Below, piece after piece: positions 1 to 16,299 of a DNA stretch of 35,525 nucleotides. Below the pieces are notes generated by a model that was not told where the DNA came from, made no database searches, and worked only from the letters and a program-made list of their open reading frames with translations. This DNA comes from Spirogloea muscicola. Its lineage: Eukaryota. The stretch spans positions 829,305 to 864,829 of the forward strand of contig WELB01000020.1 of NCBI GenBank assembly GCA_009602725.1, given 5' to 3'. The number at the start of each line of letters is the position of its first letter. Positions within the stretch are counted from its first letter, which is position 1. The position numbers were made by a program, and so were the translations under genes.

Positions 1-486
1 GATGGGCTTGCCAGCTGCATATCTGTCGCTCTTGCGACGTCGAGTTTCGGCCTGTTTGCAGCGTGCTCAGGCTAGTGCCTTGCACCAGAAAGCTGGGCGA
101 GCTCTAGTAGGTGGCAGAAGGGCTCCGTTCCTGGCATCTAGTATTCATGCATCGAGTAGTGACCTTTATGTTTTGACCCGTGGTTATTGAGCGGGTCAAT
201 CTGCTGTAGGTTATGTAGATTTTTAGATGTGCTTGCCTTTGTACCTGGCCATTTGGCCTACATTTCTTTCTAATACACGATCTTTTTTCTTCCCACGGGA
301 GCCTGTTGTTCTAACCAATCGTTACCTTGTCGGACCTTGTCCAATTCACAGCCCTCGCCCCCTTCAGTGACCTTATCTTTTGACCCGTGGTTACTGAGCG
401 GGTCAATCTGCTGTAATTTATGTAGATCTTCAGATGTGCTTGCCTTGTACTTGGCCATTTGGCCGACGTTTGTTTCAAATACACGT
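1..486 (+). mobile_element. 3' ends of CRE-like non-LTR retrotransposon family B (two stacked copies)
   Basis: 1-278 is nearly identical to ~6279-6557: coding tail ...LQRAQASALHQKAGRAL...SDLYVLTRGY* plus 3' UTR ending AATACACG. 366-486 is a second, shorter copy of the stop-codon region and UTR. Confidence 0.85.
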
Positions 487-808
487 AGTTCTTCCTTTGG
501 AAGATGCCGCCCTTTCTTTGACCAAAGAGACAAGCTTTTAGGCAATGCAATAGCGGCTTAGCTTGGCCTCCCTTACCACTTCATGCGCGCCTTTCTTCCT
601 CCCAGTCGCAGCGGCCCGATCTCCAGCGCCGACTGTCGCCTTGAGGAAGCGCCCTTGGTGTCCCACCCTTGTCGCCGCGCCGAACCTGGCTGGCTTCTAC
701 CGCCGCTCTCTTTATGTAGCAGCCGTCTTTTCTTGCTGAACGTCAGTCCCCTGCACGACCGGCGCCGCTACGCCGCCCGTTGCCCCCGCGGCCGCGCCCG
801 CCGACGCC

Positions 809-3800
809 ATGGCGGCGCTGAGGTCTGCCTTCACGCCGTCGCCAGTCCTCCGGGCTGACTCCGATGTCCCGGCCCTGCTGCGTGGCGATGGCGGCTCCCA
901 GCTCGGACGGGCCTCGCGGCTGCCGAGCGTGTCCTGCGTGATGGAGAAGCCCAGCTTCGACGCCACGCTGCAGATTGACAAGGAGCGCCGCACCATACCC
1001 TCCATTCCGATCACTGGCCTTCCCAGCGTCAGGTCCGTGAGTGGCGAGCGGCCAAGGCATACCTCACTGCTTGTTTCGACAAAATACAGTTGCAATGCTC
1101 CCTACCTGGACGATATCACAATAACAACCCTCTCCGAGCAAGCTTCAGATTCAGCAGCGAGGAGCAGCGCCGCGCTGGGGAGGATCTTTTTGAGGAGGAA
1201 TTCCGGGATGCAGACCTCTTCGACACCCACACACGCGACGGAGAGCACAGGTCTTCAAATTGGACGCAGCCCACCTTTCAGGTATCAACTGCGCTTTTCC
1301 ATATCAGATATCCTGAGTATTCTTCCAGCAGCTCCAATCTCGTCATGATTGTCCTAAACGCCCTTCACTGACATCCAGCTCCAAGAAACGAGCTCATGTG
1401 ACTTAATTATACCATGACTTACATGCTTGCGAGCTCATAGCTTCAGGCTGATTTGGTCGTGACAGAGGAAGACGAAAATTGTCTGCACAATTGGACCGAC
1501 CAGCAAATCAAAGGAGATGATCTGGAAGCTTGCTGAGGCAGGCATGAATGTGGCTCGATTGAACATGTCTCATGGAGACCATGCTAGTCACCTGAAGGTC
1601 ATTAAGCTTGTGCGCGAGTACAACGAATCTGTGGGTGCTAACACTGTTGCGCTCATGCTGGATACGAAGGTATATGTCGGAATTGCAATTATTTGAGCCT
1701 GTGTGGCTTGTTAAAGACGAATCCTAGGTAGCTGCAGGGACAATCCTAAACAACTGTATGCTGTCAAGCATTGCAGATGTCGAGGTTTGTGGTAACCACA
1801 GTGCATCAGCTGCCTCAGATGCAGGACTTTCTCTAATCGGAGATTATTGTTCTAAATTTGTGAACCAGGGTCCAGAGGTTAGAAGTGGCGACCTGCAGAA
1901 GCCACTGTGGTTGAAAAAGGGTGACAAATTCAACTTCACAATCAAACGAGGTGTTAGCACAGAGACGATGGTCAGCGTAAATTATGATGGTTTTGTGAAT
2001 GATGTAGAAGTTGGGGACATCATTCTCATTGATGGTGAGACTAACCCACTGCCACTGCCATCTGAGCTGTGGGTTCTGTTGATAGGAGCAGCATGGTAAC
2101 TGTAATTGCAAGATATAATAGATCAATAAGTTTTTCTAGCTGTCAATGTGAGGTGGAGTAAGCAGAATGTCATAGTACTGTAGCCATCATGCTTAGCTAG
2201 TTGCTCAAGCTGCTATGCATTCTTCAATTGCTCCAGATTAAAAAGACTGTACCTTTGCAGGCGGCATGATGTCACTCCAAGTGCTTTGGAAGACTGCCGT
2301 GGACGTGGGGTGTGAAGTGGTGGATGGAGGCGAGCTGAAGTCTAGGCGACACTTGAATGTACGAGGGAAAAGTGCTACATTGCCTTCCATTACAGGTAAC
2401 AGGCAGGTCAAAGACTTCGATTGTACGTCAGGTCCTCTACATATCTTGGAACTTATTGCTTACTGCTGTCTTACTATGCAGATTGTTTGTAGCGTCACTG
2501 ACCAGCCATACTTCTGGAGTTACAGAGAAGGACTGGGATGACATCAAATTTGGAGTGGAGCACGGAGTGGACTACTACGCGCTGTCATTTGTGAAGGATG
2601 CGCAAGTAGTGCATGAGCTCAAGGCCTTTCTCCAATGTAAGCTTTTCAACATGTGTTAAAAGCACCACCCTTGCTTGTCACTTCTTCAAGCTGCTTGAAT
2701 TCCTCCTGCGGTGGTCTCTTGATAACAAGTGGACAAGGGGGCGGTGATTTCTGTGCATTACTACCTAAGGGAACATGCCTGATACTAGTCTTGATGATTG
2801 TGCTTCCTGCACCTGTTCCTTGGTGAGCTCCAACGGTTGCCAGCAATGATGGGCCAACTACATTTGCTGTGTCCGCGAGGCTTACACTACTGTCTACTTG
2901 CACGTGCAGCAAGCAATGCAGACATCAATGTACTTGTGAAGATTGAGAGTGCAGACTCCATCCCTAATCTACACTCAATCTTGGATGCAGCTGATGGGGT
3001 GAGTGGACAAGTCATGGCTGCTCTTAGCTTGCTCTAATGCATCACAACAGTCGCAGCAAGTATTTCATCTCTGTAGTCGTAATGATGAGAACTAAAGATA
3101 TAGTAGAAAATTGGCGGCTTATATAAGCAGAACTCATTGGGCATGTAGGCAATGGTTGCTCGCGGTGATCTTGGAGCTGAATTGCCGATTGAAGAGGTAC
3201 CCCTGCTGCAGGTACGCTTGAACAAGCTGTACGTCCAGATTGCAGGTGTTTGATTTTGCAGCAACTTTTGCAGCAGCTAAGTGTGCACCACATGAATGCT
3301 TCTATTTCTACATCCAGCCTGACATACAGACCTCTCAATTTTGGCAGGGCGAGATCATCCGGATGTGTCGATCCATGGGGAAACCTGTCATTGTTGCAAC
3401 TAATATGTTGGAGAGCATGATTGCGGCCCCCACACCAACCCGTGCAGAGGTCTCTGACATTGCTATTGCTGTGCGGGAGGGTGCTGATGCTGTGATGCTC
3501 TCAGGAGAAACTGCACATGGAAAGTGAGTCACTGTATCGCCTTGTACCTGCACATGCTTACAATAACTAAGTAGACTGCTTGTAGAGAAGCTTCCTCCCT
3601 GATTAACACTAGACAGCAAATTCCAGCAGAGTAGACTCCTGAGCTATCGGTCTTCAGCTGTGTGCATCAATGGTTTGTGAACATGGGGATCCTGGAAGCT
3701 GGTCAAGCTGCTGGCCCATGCTGTATGTGACGTGCTAAGTAACTGACAATGAGGTCAAGCCATGTCACAGATTCCCTCTGAAAGCTGTCCGTGTAATGCA

Positions 3801-4871
3801 CACGGTGGCCATGCGCACTGAGGCAACAATGCTTGATGCAGTTGCTCCAGCAAACCTCGGCCGGGCATTCAAGGTGAAGAGAATCTCTTCCCTCTGCCTG
3901 CAAAATTCCATCTTCACCTTTTTACTCTAAAGAAAGCGTGAGCTTGCTATGTGTTGCTGCCACTATTACGCTCTTGCTGTCATGGTGCAGCAGAGGCTAC
4001 ATGGCTCACTTGTGCAGAAATGATGTGCAGAATCATATGTCTGAGATGTTTGCCTTCCATGCCACGATGATGTCAAACACACTGGGAGCAAGCATCCTGG
4101 TGTTCACTAGAAGCGGTTTCATGGCCATGCTGCTGAGCCACTATAGGCCACTTGGCACAACCTTTGCCTTCACCAATGAGTAAGCCACGTGCATTGACCA
4201 GCTTGATTACTTGCTGCCAAACAGAAGTTGGTCATGTAGGTCGGGGGCTGCTTTTGAAGAATGAGTACATACCTATGAGTGTCAATGTGCTTCTGGTGCA
4301 GCATAGATTGCTTGGCTTCTGGTCAGCAAAATTTTGTGTTTTACTTGGGCAAGCAAGAATGTTCTCTTTCTACAGAAAAAGGGTTCAACAGAGGTTAGCT
4401 TTGTATCATGGGGTGCGTGCACTGTACATGCCCTTCTCATCTGATGCAGAGGAGACATTCAATCAAGCACTGGACACAATACAGGTTTGTCACTTGGATG
4501 TCTTGTTGTCCGGGCTGCATATCTGCTCCTGCTCCACCAGGCTGGGGCAAAATGTCAACAAGATCTGGGCAGATTGCTTGGATTTTCTGAGAAGGGCCAC
4601 ACAGTCAGGAGGATTACAAATGCTCAGGATGACACCGTCCATGTATCTATTACCAACTTGCAATGGCAGCATCAATTTGCAACTATGTAAGGACAGTTGC
4701 ACACAACTTTAACCGGGTGATTGTTGTGGCCCACTTACTCATCTGCAGAGGCAGGGCATGGTGAATGTCGGCGAGGAGGTTGCTCTCGTCCAAAGTGGGC
4801 GGCAGCCTATCTGGAGATCAGAGTCGACGCATCACATTCAAGTGGGGACCGTAAGGAGGTTAGACAGATGA
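809..4871 (+). CDS. PKP2: Plastid pyruvate kinase, beta-type subunit (13 exons)
   Basis: Hand-spliced GT-AG exons: 809-1032, 1149-1281, 1466-1669, 1869-2034, 2261-2395, 2526-2636, 2910-2998, 3149-3211, 3348-3523, 3771-3873, 4031-4179, 4376-4484, 4749-4871. Motifs: [117 protein letters not shown], as in plant plastid PK beta subunits. The N-terminus resembles a transit peptide. Confidence 0.95.
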
Positions 4872-5379
4872 TTTGATGCCTGCAATGGAGGTAGATGTGA
4901 GGCCCTGACCTCCTTCACTTGAGGACCTACAGAAGGGCCTTGAGTAGGACTTACAGCAGGGCCGTTCACCTTTGAAGTACACACCTTGTTGGACCAATCA
5001 TTGATAAGCAAAGAGCATAGGTATCCGCCATTCTTGTCGGAATAACCATATTGGACAGTCGTATTTTTTTCGCCTATGCGTTTGACACTGGCGCATACTG
5101 GGCGGGTAAGTGGCTGTAGTTTGTGAGAGAGCCGCTGTGCAAAAACAGCCTTATTATCGAGAGAGGGACAGATTGCAGATTCGCGCTTGTCATGATGTAT
5201 AACTGGCCAAATGGGGGCCTCACAGGGTCGGAGGTCCACTGCAACTTCACGAGTGAGCAGATTAATAGGCACTCGGGAGGACGGGAGGGTGAGAAAGGTG
5301 TGCCCTTGCACCTTGATCACACTTTGTTGAGCTGGCATGCACAGCCATCACCATCATCTTCTTCTTCCTGCTATTTGAA

Positions 5380-5760
5380 AAAGAAAGCGCGGCCAGATTG
5401 ACTGGTGGCCGGAATAGAGGAGAGATAGAGGAGCTTTGGGCTGGCCTTTGGGCTGGGAAAGGCCAGCCCAAACGAACGGACAAGGTCTGAAGGAGCCGAA
5501 GTGCGCATTTGGGGGGCCCTTTCAGGAAAGCGCGGCCAGATTGACTTGTAGTTGGGAAAGGCCAGCCCAAAGGAATGGACAAGGTCTGAAGGAGCCGGAG
5601 TGCGAAGAAAGAAAGATAGCCTCTGTGGCGTAGTTGGTAGTAACCAGGGGGTCAGGGCAAAGGGCCTGAACGGCCCGGGAAAGTTCTCCTGCCCTGCCAA
5701 AGCGTCTTGCCCGCGCTAGATTGCCAGCTGTGGACTGTTTGAGAGGGCTGGTTGACTGAT
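5380..5760 (-). mobile_element. CRE-like fragments: tandem family C 3' termini plus a pre-RT coding fragment
   Basis: AAAGCGCGGCCAGATTGAC at ~5384 and ~5527 and GGACAAGGTCTGAAGGAGCC at ~5478 and ~5577 match the reverse complement of 16120-16185. About 5605-5730 (-) encodes RRFGRAGELSRAVQALCPDPLVTTNYATEAIFLSSH, homologous to RFGHAGELSRAVQALDDSVLAPTNAATRAALESLH of the 852-aa ORF. Confidence 0.8.
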
Positions 5761-5765
5761 CCATT

Positions 5766-6565
5766 GCGCGCCCGCCGCTGCAAGAGCGTGACTGGGGGGA
5801 GCGGCGAGCTTGGGTACTGGTTCCCCTGGCCCCCTTCTCGTACTTTTTTGCCCCACTGGACCAGAAGTGGTGGGCATTCACAACCTCCTTCGCGATGCCC
5901 TGGCGGGCTTGATGCGCGACGCCGGCTACCGTGCGGTCGTGGAAGTCAACAACATTATGCCTATCACCACGGACGCCCAGGGACGTCATGACCGTACACT
6001 TGACATTGTGGGCGTGCAACCTGGTGGAGGACCACGGGCCCTGGTCGACGTTGTTGTTACGGAGGCATATAAGGCCCAGCATCGACACACATCGCTGGGC
6101 ACGCAGTGGGCGGTGCAGAACAATGAAAACTGCGGCATTACTCCGATTACCCCCAATGCGATCAGCTCCTGCCAGCGGCAATCGACATCTTTGGCTGTCT
6201 GGGTCCTCGTCTCCACACTCTCCTGCAAAACCTCGCCAATCTAGGCTACACTCGACGTGCAGATGTGTTTCCGGCTGAGATGGGCTTGCCAGCTGCCTAT
6301 CTGTTGCTCTTGCGACGACGAGTTTCGGCCTCTTTGCAGCGTGCTCAGGCTAGTGCCTTGCACCAGAAAGCTGGGCGAGCTCTAGTTGGTGGCAGAAGGG
6401 CTCCGTTTCTGGCATCTGGTATTCATGCATCGAGTAGTGACCTTTATGTTTTGACCCGTGGTTATTGAGCGGGTCATTCTGCTGTAGGTTATGTAGATCT
6501 TTAGATGTGCTTGCCTTTGTACTTGGCCAGTTGGCCTACATTTCTTTCTAATACACGGAATTTTC
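5766..6565 (+). mobile_element. 5'-truncated, frameshifted CRE-like family B copy (RLE domain and 3' UTR)
   Basis: Translates to HNLLRDAL...E...RTLDIV...ALVDVVVT, then after a frameshift near 6120-6130 to KLRHYSD...LPAAIDIFGCLG...LQRAQASAL...SDLYVLTRGY* (stop 6468). Colinear with the RLE region of the 852-aa ORF. Confidence 0.85.
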
Positions 6566-7225
6566 CTTCTCGTACTTTACTCATTCCTTGTTGGGCTGGC
6601 TTTTCTAGTCCCTATCCTCAATGGGCGAGCCCCTTGTCTCGCTGCAGAGCTCTATGGCCCGGGCGCTGCACCTTCGTCCCGGCAGAGCCCTCGCTGCTGC
6701 CTCTGGCTCTGGCCAGGGGACCCACTTCCACGAGCCTAGCATCTCCGACCAGCGGCTGCTTAGCAGAGGTTACTGAGTGATTCGTAGCTGCTTTGTTTCT
6801 CTGTGTGCTTGTTTTTCTTAGCGCTTCCCCGGCGGCTCTCCGTGTCCCTTCAACGCTCACTCGCTCATGCCGTCCACTCGCGCGCGGGCCGTGCTCTTGT
6901 TGCTGCTTCCGGGTCTCGCCCGGCTGCATCTTTTCCAGCCTCGAGCTACTCTGACTTCCCATGGCCCCCTTTCTCGTACTCTGTTCATTCTTTTTCGGGC
7001 TGGTTGTTCCAGCCCCTATTCTCAATGGGCGAGCACTTTCTTTTTCTCGTACTCTGTTCCTTCTTTTTTGGGCTGGCTTTTCCAGCCCCTATTCTCAACG
7101 GGCGAGCACTTTCTCTTTTGTTGTTCCCTTTCTCTTTGTTGTTGGGTACTAACGCTGCAGGGGACGCCCAGCAGGAGAGAAGGGCCTCGCCCAGAGAAAA
7201 GCCAGCCCAAAAAAGAATGAACAAA
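6566..7225 (+). mobile_element. Mosaic of family A 3' ends with an inserted family E coding tail
   Basis: Repeated units TTCTCGTACTCTGTTCATTC...GGGCTGG...CCAGCCCCTATTCTCAATGGGCGAGCAC. Family A coding tail at ~6636-6777. 6830-6960 encodes RRLSVSLQRSLAHAVHSRAGRALVAASGSRPAASFPASSYSD. An inverted piece lies at ~7195-7225. Confidence 0.8.
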
Positions 7226-7228
7226 GCA

Positions 7229-7294
7229 GGGGACCGCCCCCAACTGTCGCAGCCTCGGCGCCACGCGGCGGGCTGCGACAGTTGGGGGGTCTCC
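7229..7294. repeat. GC-rich inverted repeat (perfect 18-bp arms)
   Basis: CCCCCAACTGTCGCAGCC (7237-7254) is the exact reverse complement of GGCTGCGACAGTTGGGGG (7271-7288). Flanking GGGGACC/GGTCTCC extends the stem imperfectly. Confidence 0.9.
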
Positions 7295-7784
7295 GCGGGG
7301 GGGTGGGGAGGCGATCGGGCGGCCACGAGGTGACAGTAGCTCAGTGGCCCCCATCGGACGGCATCGGGAGCAGCCCGCCGATCGGGCGGCGGAGACGGGC
7401 TGATGGTGGGAGGGGGCCCGTTCACACTGCGGGACCTGTCCCCATCCGGGCACCGCTCCCTGCGGTGCCTGGGGGGGGGCAGGCAGGTGAGGCGCCCGAT
7501 AAGCGGTCGGTATGAAGGAGGGGAGGGGGGGAGGCGAGGAGGGAGAGAGGCGGGGGGGAGACGAGGGCGCGGCGGCCAGCCAAAACCAGAAGGCCGCATT
7601 AACGGTTCTTGGCCCGAACAATGTATCGGCTTGAATTGGCCTCCATGTCATTTCATGCGCCACGCGCGCCTTCTCTGTTCTTTAATGTCAGCAGCCGCAT
7701 TCCCTTCTTGGCCTGTTGTGTCGTTCTCGGAAGTGCCCCCTCCACCACTTCCCTTGCCGCCGAGCCTGCCCCCCCCGGTCTCCT

Positions 7785-10315
7785 GCGGCGGCGGCGGCGG
7801 CGGCGGCGCTCGCGGCGGCGGCGGCTGGCGCAAAGAGNGGCCCGGTCGCCGCCTCGGCGGGTCCCGGTGACGTCGCCTCGGAGCTGCGCGGGGGGCTTGG
7901 CGCGGGGAAGCTCGCGGCGCCCCGAGCGCAGTGCTTCGGGCTGGCCGGCCGGCGCCCGGACCTGCGGCGGAGCCAGCCGCTTGGCACGAGCGTGAGGCGC
8001 CGCTCCACGTACCTCTGCCGTCGTCTGCTGGCCGTCTCCGTGCCGCCATTGCCGACTTGCCCGCGAGACGGATGGCTCGTCACTCCTCCCTCGTGCAGCG
8101 CCCTGCAGCTGCCAGACTTGGCCTTGACTGGCAGCTCGGCCTCATCACTCCATTGCGCGCTGCAGGGCGCCGCGAGCGCGTCCGGACGGCCGCTCACCTG
8201 CGCCGCCAATGTGAATGACGTAGGCCTCTCTGCCAGCACGGCCTGCAATGCTGCCCCTCAGCTGTCCACCTTATTGACCGATCAGTCGCTGGCGTTGGAC
8301 TCGCCAGTCAGCCCTGTCGGCGGTTGGACAATTCCCATTCCGATGAGGAATGCTGGACACAATAGTGCGAGTAGCCGCCTCGTCATACTAATGCTCTTAT
8401 GCAGATTGTCAGAGACCGTCAGTTCATCAGTGCATTTATCGAGCATCCTCTTTTTCACAAACCTTAGCACATCATTCAGGTCGCTGTGGGATCAACATCG
8501 CCAGCTGTAGCTGACGGCCCCAGAGCCGAGATACCCAAGTTACCAGACTCCAAGCCTCATGACCTGGACGGTCCTGCGGACATCCCCGACATTCAGGAAA
8601 CATCTGCATTCATATCTGATGTTGCCAACCTCGTCAAGTAAGCCACCATTTCTTGCTCAGTTGCAGGCCTTCGCAAGGTAGTGAGCCCCTTCACGGTTGC
8701 GAGGATGCGCCCGCCGCTTCCTTGCCTTAAAGAGACTCTCCCTCTGCATAGACGCCCTCACAAAACAAACTGCAGCTCAATGGCAACTCTATGCTGGTGG
8801 CACCTGACCTTACATTTTCACCAATGCATTGAGTTGTTAAGCAGTTAGTTCTATTGTCTTGCTTGTGATTGGTGTAAATGTGCGCTGCCTTTGGCCTGCA
8901 TCTGAGGATGGCAGAAGCAGCTCACTCTGGCTTATAGCTGTGACAGACTTGCCAGTCTGCAGGCACTGTGTACATTCACTTAACACTCATTGGATATTCT
9001 GGCTGCTGGTGCTGTGGTGCTGTAGGCTGGTGGACTCGCGGGACATCGTGGAACTCGAGCTGAAGCACAAGCACTACGAGATCACGATCCGGAAGAAGGA
9101 AGCACTTCCCGCGCCTGTGCAGCAGCACCAGGGGTCACTGCCGGGGCCGCATGTCATGGCCCACACCGCCTGGCCGCAGTACATGGCTGCCCCGCCGCCC
9201 ACCCCTGCAGCATCTCCCCCTCCTGTGGCTGCGGCAGCTCCTTCTGCATCAACAGCAGAGCCGGCTGCTCCCCCAGCACCTCCCCCCTCCACAGTACCAC
9301 CTATGCTGTCTCCCATGGCTGGCACGTTCTATCGATCTCCAGCACCAGGAGAGCCTCCCTTTGTCAAGGTTGTCAACTCTTGTCAATCTGGCCTTCGCTG
9401 ATTTGCTGCAAGTTGCTGACTGAACATGGCATGAGGTTGCTCGTTAGGATCCTTCCGTGTCCATATTGTGATGGTTCCCTTGAGCTGCCCCTCACACTGT
9501 AGTACTAGAATAATGGAATTAAACATGACTCCACGTTCTCTCTACACTACACAAGATTGCTTACAAGGGCAGTACCTGCATTGCATGTCTTGCGAGAGGT
9601 GCACCAGGTCGGCGACAAAGTCACCAAAGGGCAGGTTGTCTGCATTGTGGAAGCCATGAAGCTGATGAATGAGATAGAGGTGAGTGTAGGAACATGACCT
9701 TACTCCTAATGCATTGTGCTGACTTCTTGGATTTCTCCTACCCATCACTTCTCCTGCTCTGGATCAGGAAGTTGTGACGTAAAGGGCGCACAGTCAGGCA
9801 GGCTTGAACCATTGCTCAGCAGCTAGAGTAGGCTTGCTCTCTTTTTCAGAGTGCCAGATCTGATTATAGCCCTAAGGCTGTTGTCCTTCATAGGTGGGAT
9901 CTTGGATCTTAGTGTTCAGTGCTCCTACCAGTGAGCACAGGTAAAGCCAACCAATCGTCAGGCAGCTGCATGAGCAGAACGAGCAAACCTTCTCTGTTTG
10001 TTTTGCAGGCTGACCAGACTGGAACCATTGAGGCCATTCTAACAGATGACGGCAAGCCCGTGGCAATTGATACGGTACGATCCCTGCCTTGCTGAAGTTG
10101 CACATCAACATGTCTAGAGTGCCACGTGAAGGCTCTATGAATTGGACATATGTATGTGATGCACATACAACAACTTCTCCTTCAGGTGTAAATTAGCTGA
10201 CAAGCCTAAAGTGATGCCATGTGAAAACATGGTGTTTCTGCTGTGCTTGCTATGTAATCTAAAGCTTCTCCATTGCCCAATTATGTTGCAGCCTCTCTAT
10301 GCGATCAAGCCATGA
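7785..10315 (+). CDS. BCCP: Biotin carboxyl carrier protein of plastid acetyl-CoA carboxylase (start codon not resolved)
   Basis: Exons: ~7785?-7991, 8166-8219, 8480-8637, 9026-9368, 9608-9679, 10009-10074, 10292-10315. Motifs: FISDVANLVKLVDSRDIVELELK...IRKKEAL, Pro/Ala linker, [51 protein letters not shown]...PLYAIKP*, including the EAMKLM biotinylation motif. The first exon contains a GGC run and an N at 7838 and has no in-frame ATG, so the 5' boundary is approximate. Confidence 0.9.
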
Positions 10316-11036
10316 GCAATCCAGCGCCACATCACTAGTCCACTTCCGCAGGCGAACTTTGCCCTGTGGAACAATCTGCAGTGGTCCATGACTTGGCAGC
10401 AGGATAGGTCCTCACTGTGCAACTCAAAATTGCTGACATTAGTAGCTGGGCTAGCTTCACCCACTCCGGCACTGCTTAAATCGTTCAGCAATCCAGAAAT
10501 TGCCCAAAAGCGCCGAGCTATTCTCAGCTGCAATATGTGCATCTCTCTTGAGGTGGTTATGGACCCAGGCATGCTGGGTAAATGTCATGGCAATGCCGGC
10601 TTGCTTCTAGACTCCTTAGACTTCAAGAGCGCTAGGTAGCAATCCACTAAAGAAGCCAAGCTAGATGTAGGAACTAAGGTTGCAAAACAGAGCCGCTCCC
10701 ACCAGTGGCGGCAACTGTATCTGCCGACAGAGGGACACAAAGGTGAAGGGTGCACAGGCTAACTAGAAGGGCATGACTGCGTCCTCCTCAACTATCTCGA
10801 GCATGGCACAGCAGGCAAGCACCGAGGAGAAGTATAAGAATGGCGTGAGTCAGAACGAGTGAAACTCTAGCGATACTGTCTATGAAAATCTTTCTCCATG
10901 ACCAGCGTGCCAAGTTTGCAATCACGGGCACGCGGATAACTCTCCTCCAGGCCTTCACCGACTGATGTGCTGTGCTAGAGACAAAGACTTGTCCAAGATG
11001 CCGCCACAACACACAGGTTCGGATGCCCTCATGAAC

Positions 11037-15384
<4,348 letters not shown>

Positions 15385-15824
15385 GGCGCCGGGCGCAGGG
15401 CCGCGCTTCACCCGCCGCGGCGGCGGCGGCTGCCGGATCCGGAACCGGAGCGAGGCAGCGGTGGACTCGGCAGCGGAGGGCAGGGCGGGCGCCTGGCCGC
15501 GCGACGCTCGTTGCGGCAAGCGAGGCGAGGCAGAGCGGAAGGATGGGAGATGGAAGATGGGAGGATGGGGGGCACGCTTCGCGGCGGCGGCGGCGACGGC
15601 GGCGGCGGCGGTGGCGGCGGCGGCGGCGAGACCGGCGGTGGACGGAGCAAGTAACCCTTGGCCTCGCTTGCTGGTGGCGATCCTGCCAGCCAGCGCTCAC
15701 CACTCTCCTTCGTGGCTCCGCTGATACACTTATGAACACCCCCCGTATGCACCTGGCTGGCACTTGTTAGAAGAAAGAGCTCGCCTTATTGCGCTCTTCA
15801 GCATCAGCCGCGTTCACTGTCCGA

Positions 15825-16240
15825 AAGCGCGGCCAGATTGACTGGTGGCTCGCGGAGGCCAGCCCAAAGAGATGGCCAAGCGTTCTTTCTACTGNCTCTA
15901 AGTCAGGCCTCCGGCTTTCGTGGCGGCGCTCCAGCTCCCCAAGTTAGCTTGTCAGATTTGTTTGTGCTCACCCGTGGGTACTAATGTCATCTTAGGTACC
16001 TTAGATTAGGTCTCCGTATTATGTAGCATTGTTTAGTCTGCACTCGACTCTGCCTGAACAATGTATTGGCTTGAATTGGCCTCCCTTTCTATTCATGCGC
16101 CCCGCGCGCCTTCTCTCTCTTTAGACCTTGTCCATTCCTTTGGGCTGGCCTTTCCCAGCCACCAGTCAATCTGGCCGCGCTTCCTTTTTTGGGTTGGCTT
16201 TGCCAGCCCCTCTTCTCTATGGGCGGGCTCTTCTCTTTCT
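15825..16240 (+). mobile_element. 3' end of CRE-like family C (coding tail plus UTR) with flanking terminal fragments
   Basis: 15901-15984 encodes SQASGFRGGAPAPQVSLSDLFVLTRGY*. UTR 16057-16121 matches 7616-7683. Terminal motif at 16122-16183; an inverted terminal piece at 15825-15870 and another terminal piece at 16185-16240. N at 15895. Confidence 0.8.
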
Positions 16241-16299
16241 GGCCCCTTCGATTGTCCTTGATTCCTTTTGGTGCTGACCAATCACAGCCATCGCCCCCG

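Noticed and set aside
5478..5600. CTGAAGGAGCCG(A/G)AG as a hammerhead core
   Set aside because: Lacks CUGANGA and GAAA and the required stems.
6566..7225. Repeated hairpin-containing units as a CRISPR-like array or LTRs
   Set aside because: Units vary in length and orientation, intervening sequence is the same retroelement UTR rather than unique spacers, and there are no cas genes or TG...CA/PBS/PPT features.
7322..7440. tRNA gene suggested by the A-box TAGCTCAGTGG
   Set aside because: No acceptor stem or anticodon arm of correct size and a poor T-loop; retained only as part of the unknown structured element.
7716..7991. BCCP lacking an ATG (non-AUG start or pseudogene)
   Set aside because: The region has a GGC run and an N at 7838, so an assembly error is more likely; all downstream exons are intact.
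16140..16185. Terminal motif GGGCTGGC-CTT-TCCCAGCC...TGGC resembles the 5' half of an HDV ribozyme
   Set aside because: No proper P1 3' strand, no GG for P1.1, no P4 and no catalytic J4/2 or P2 3' strand. It also lies at the element 3' end.
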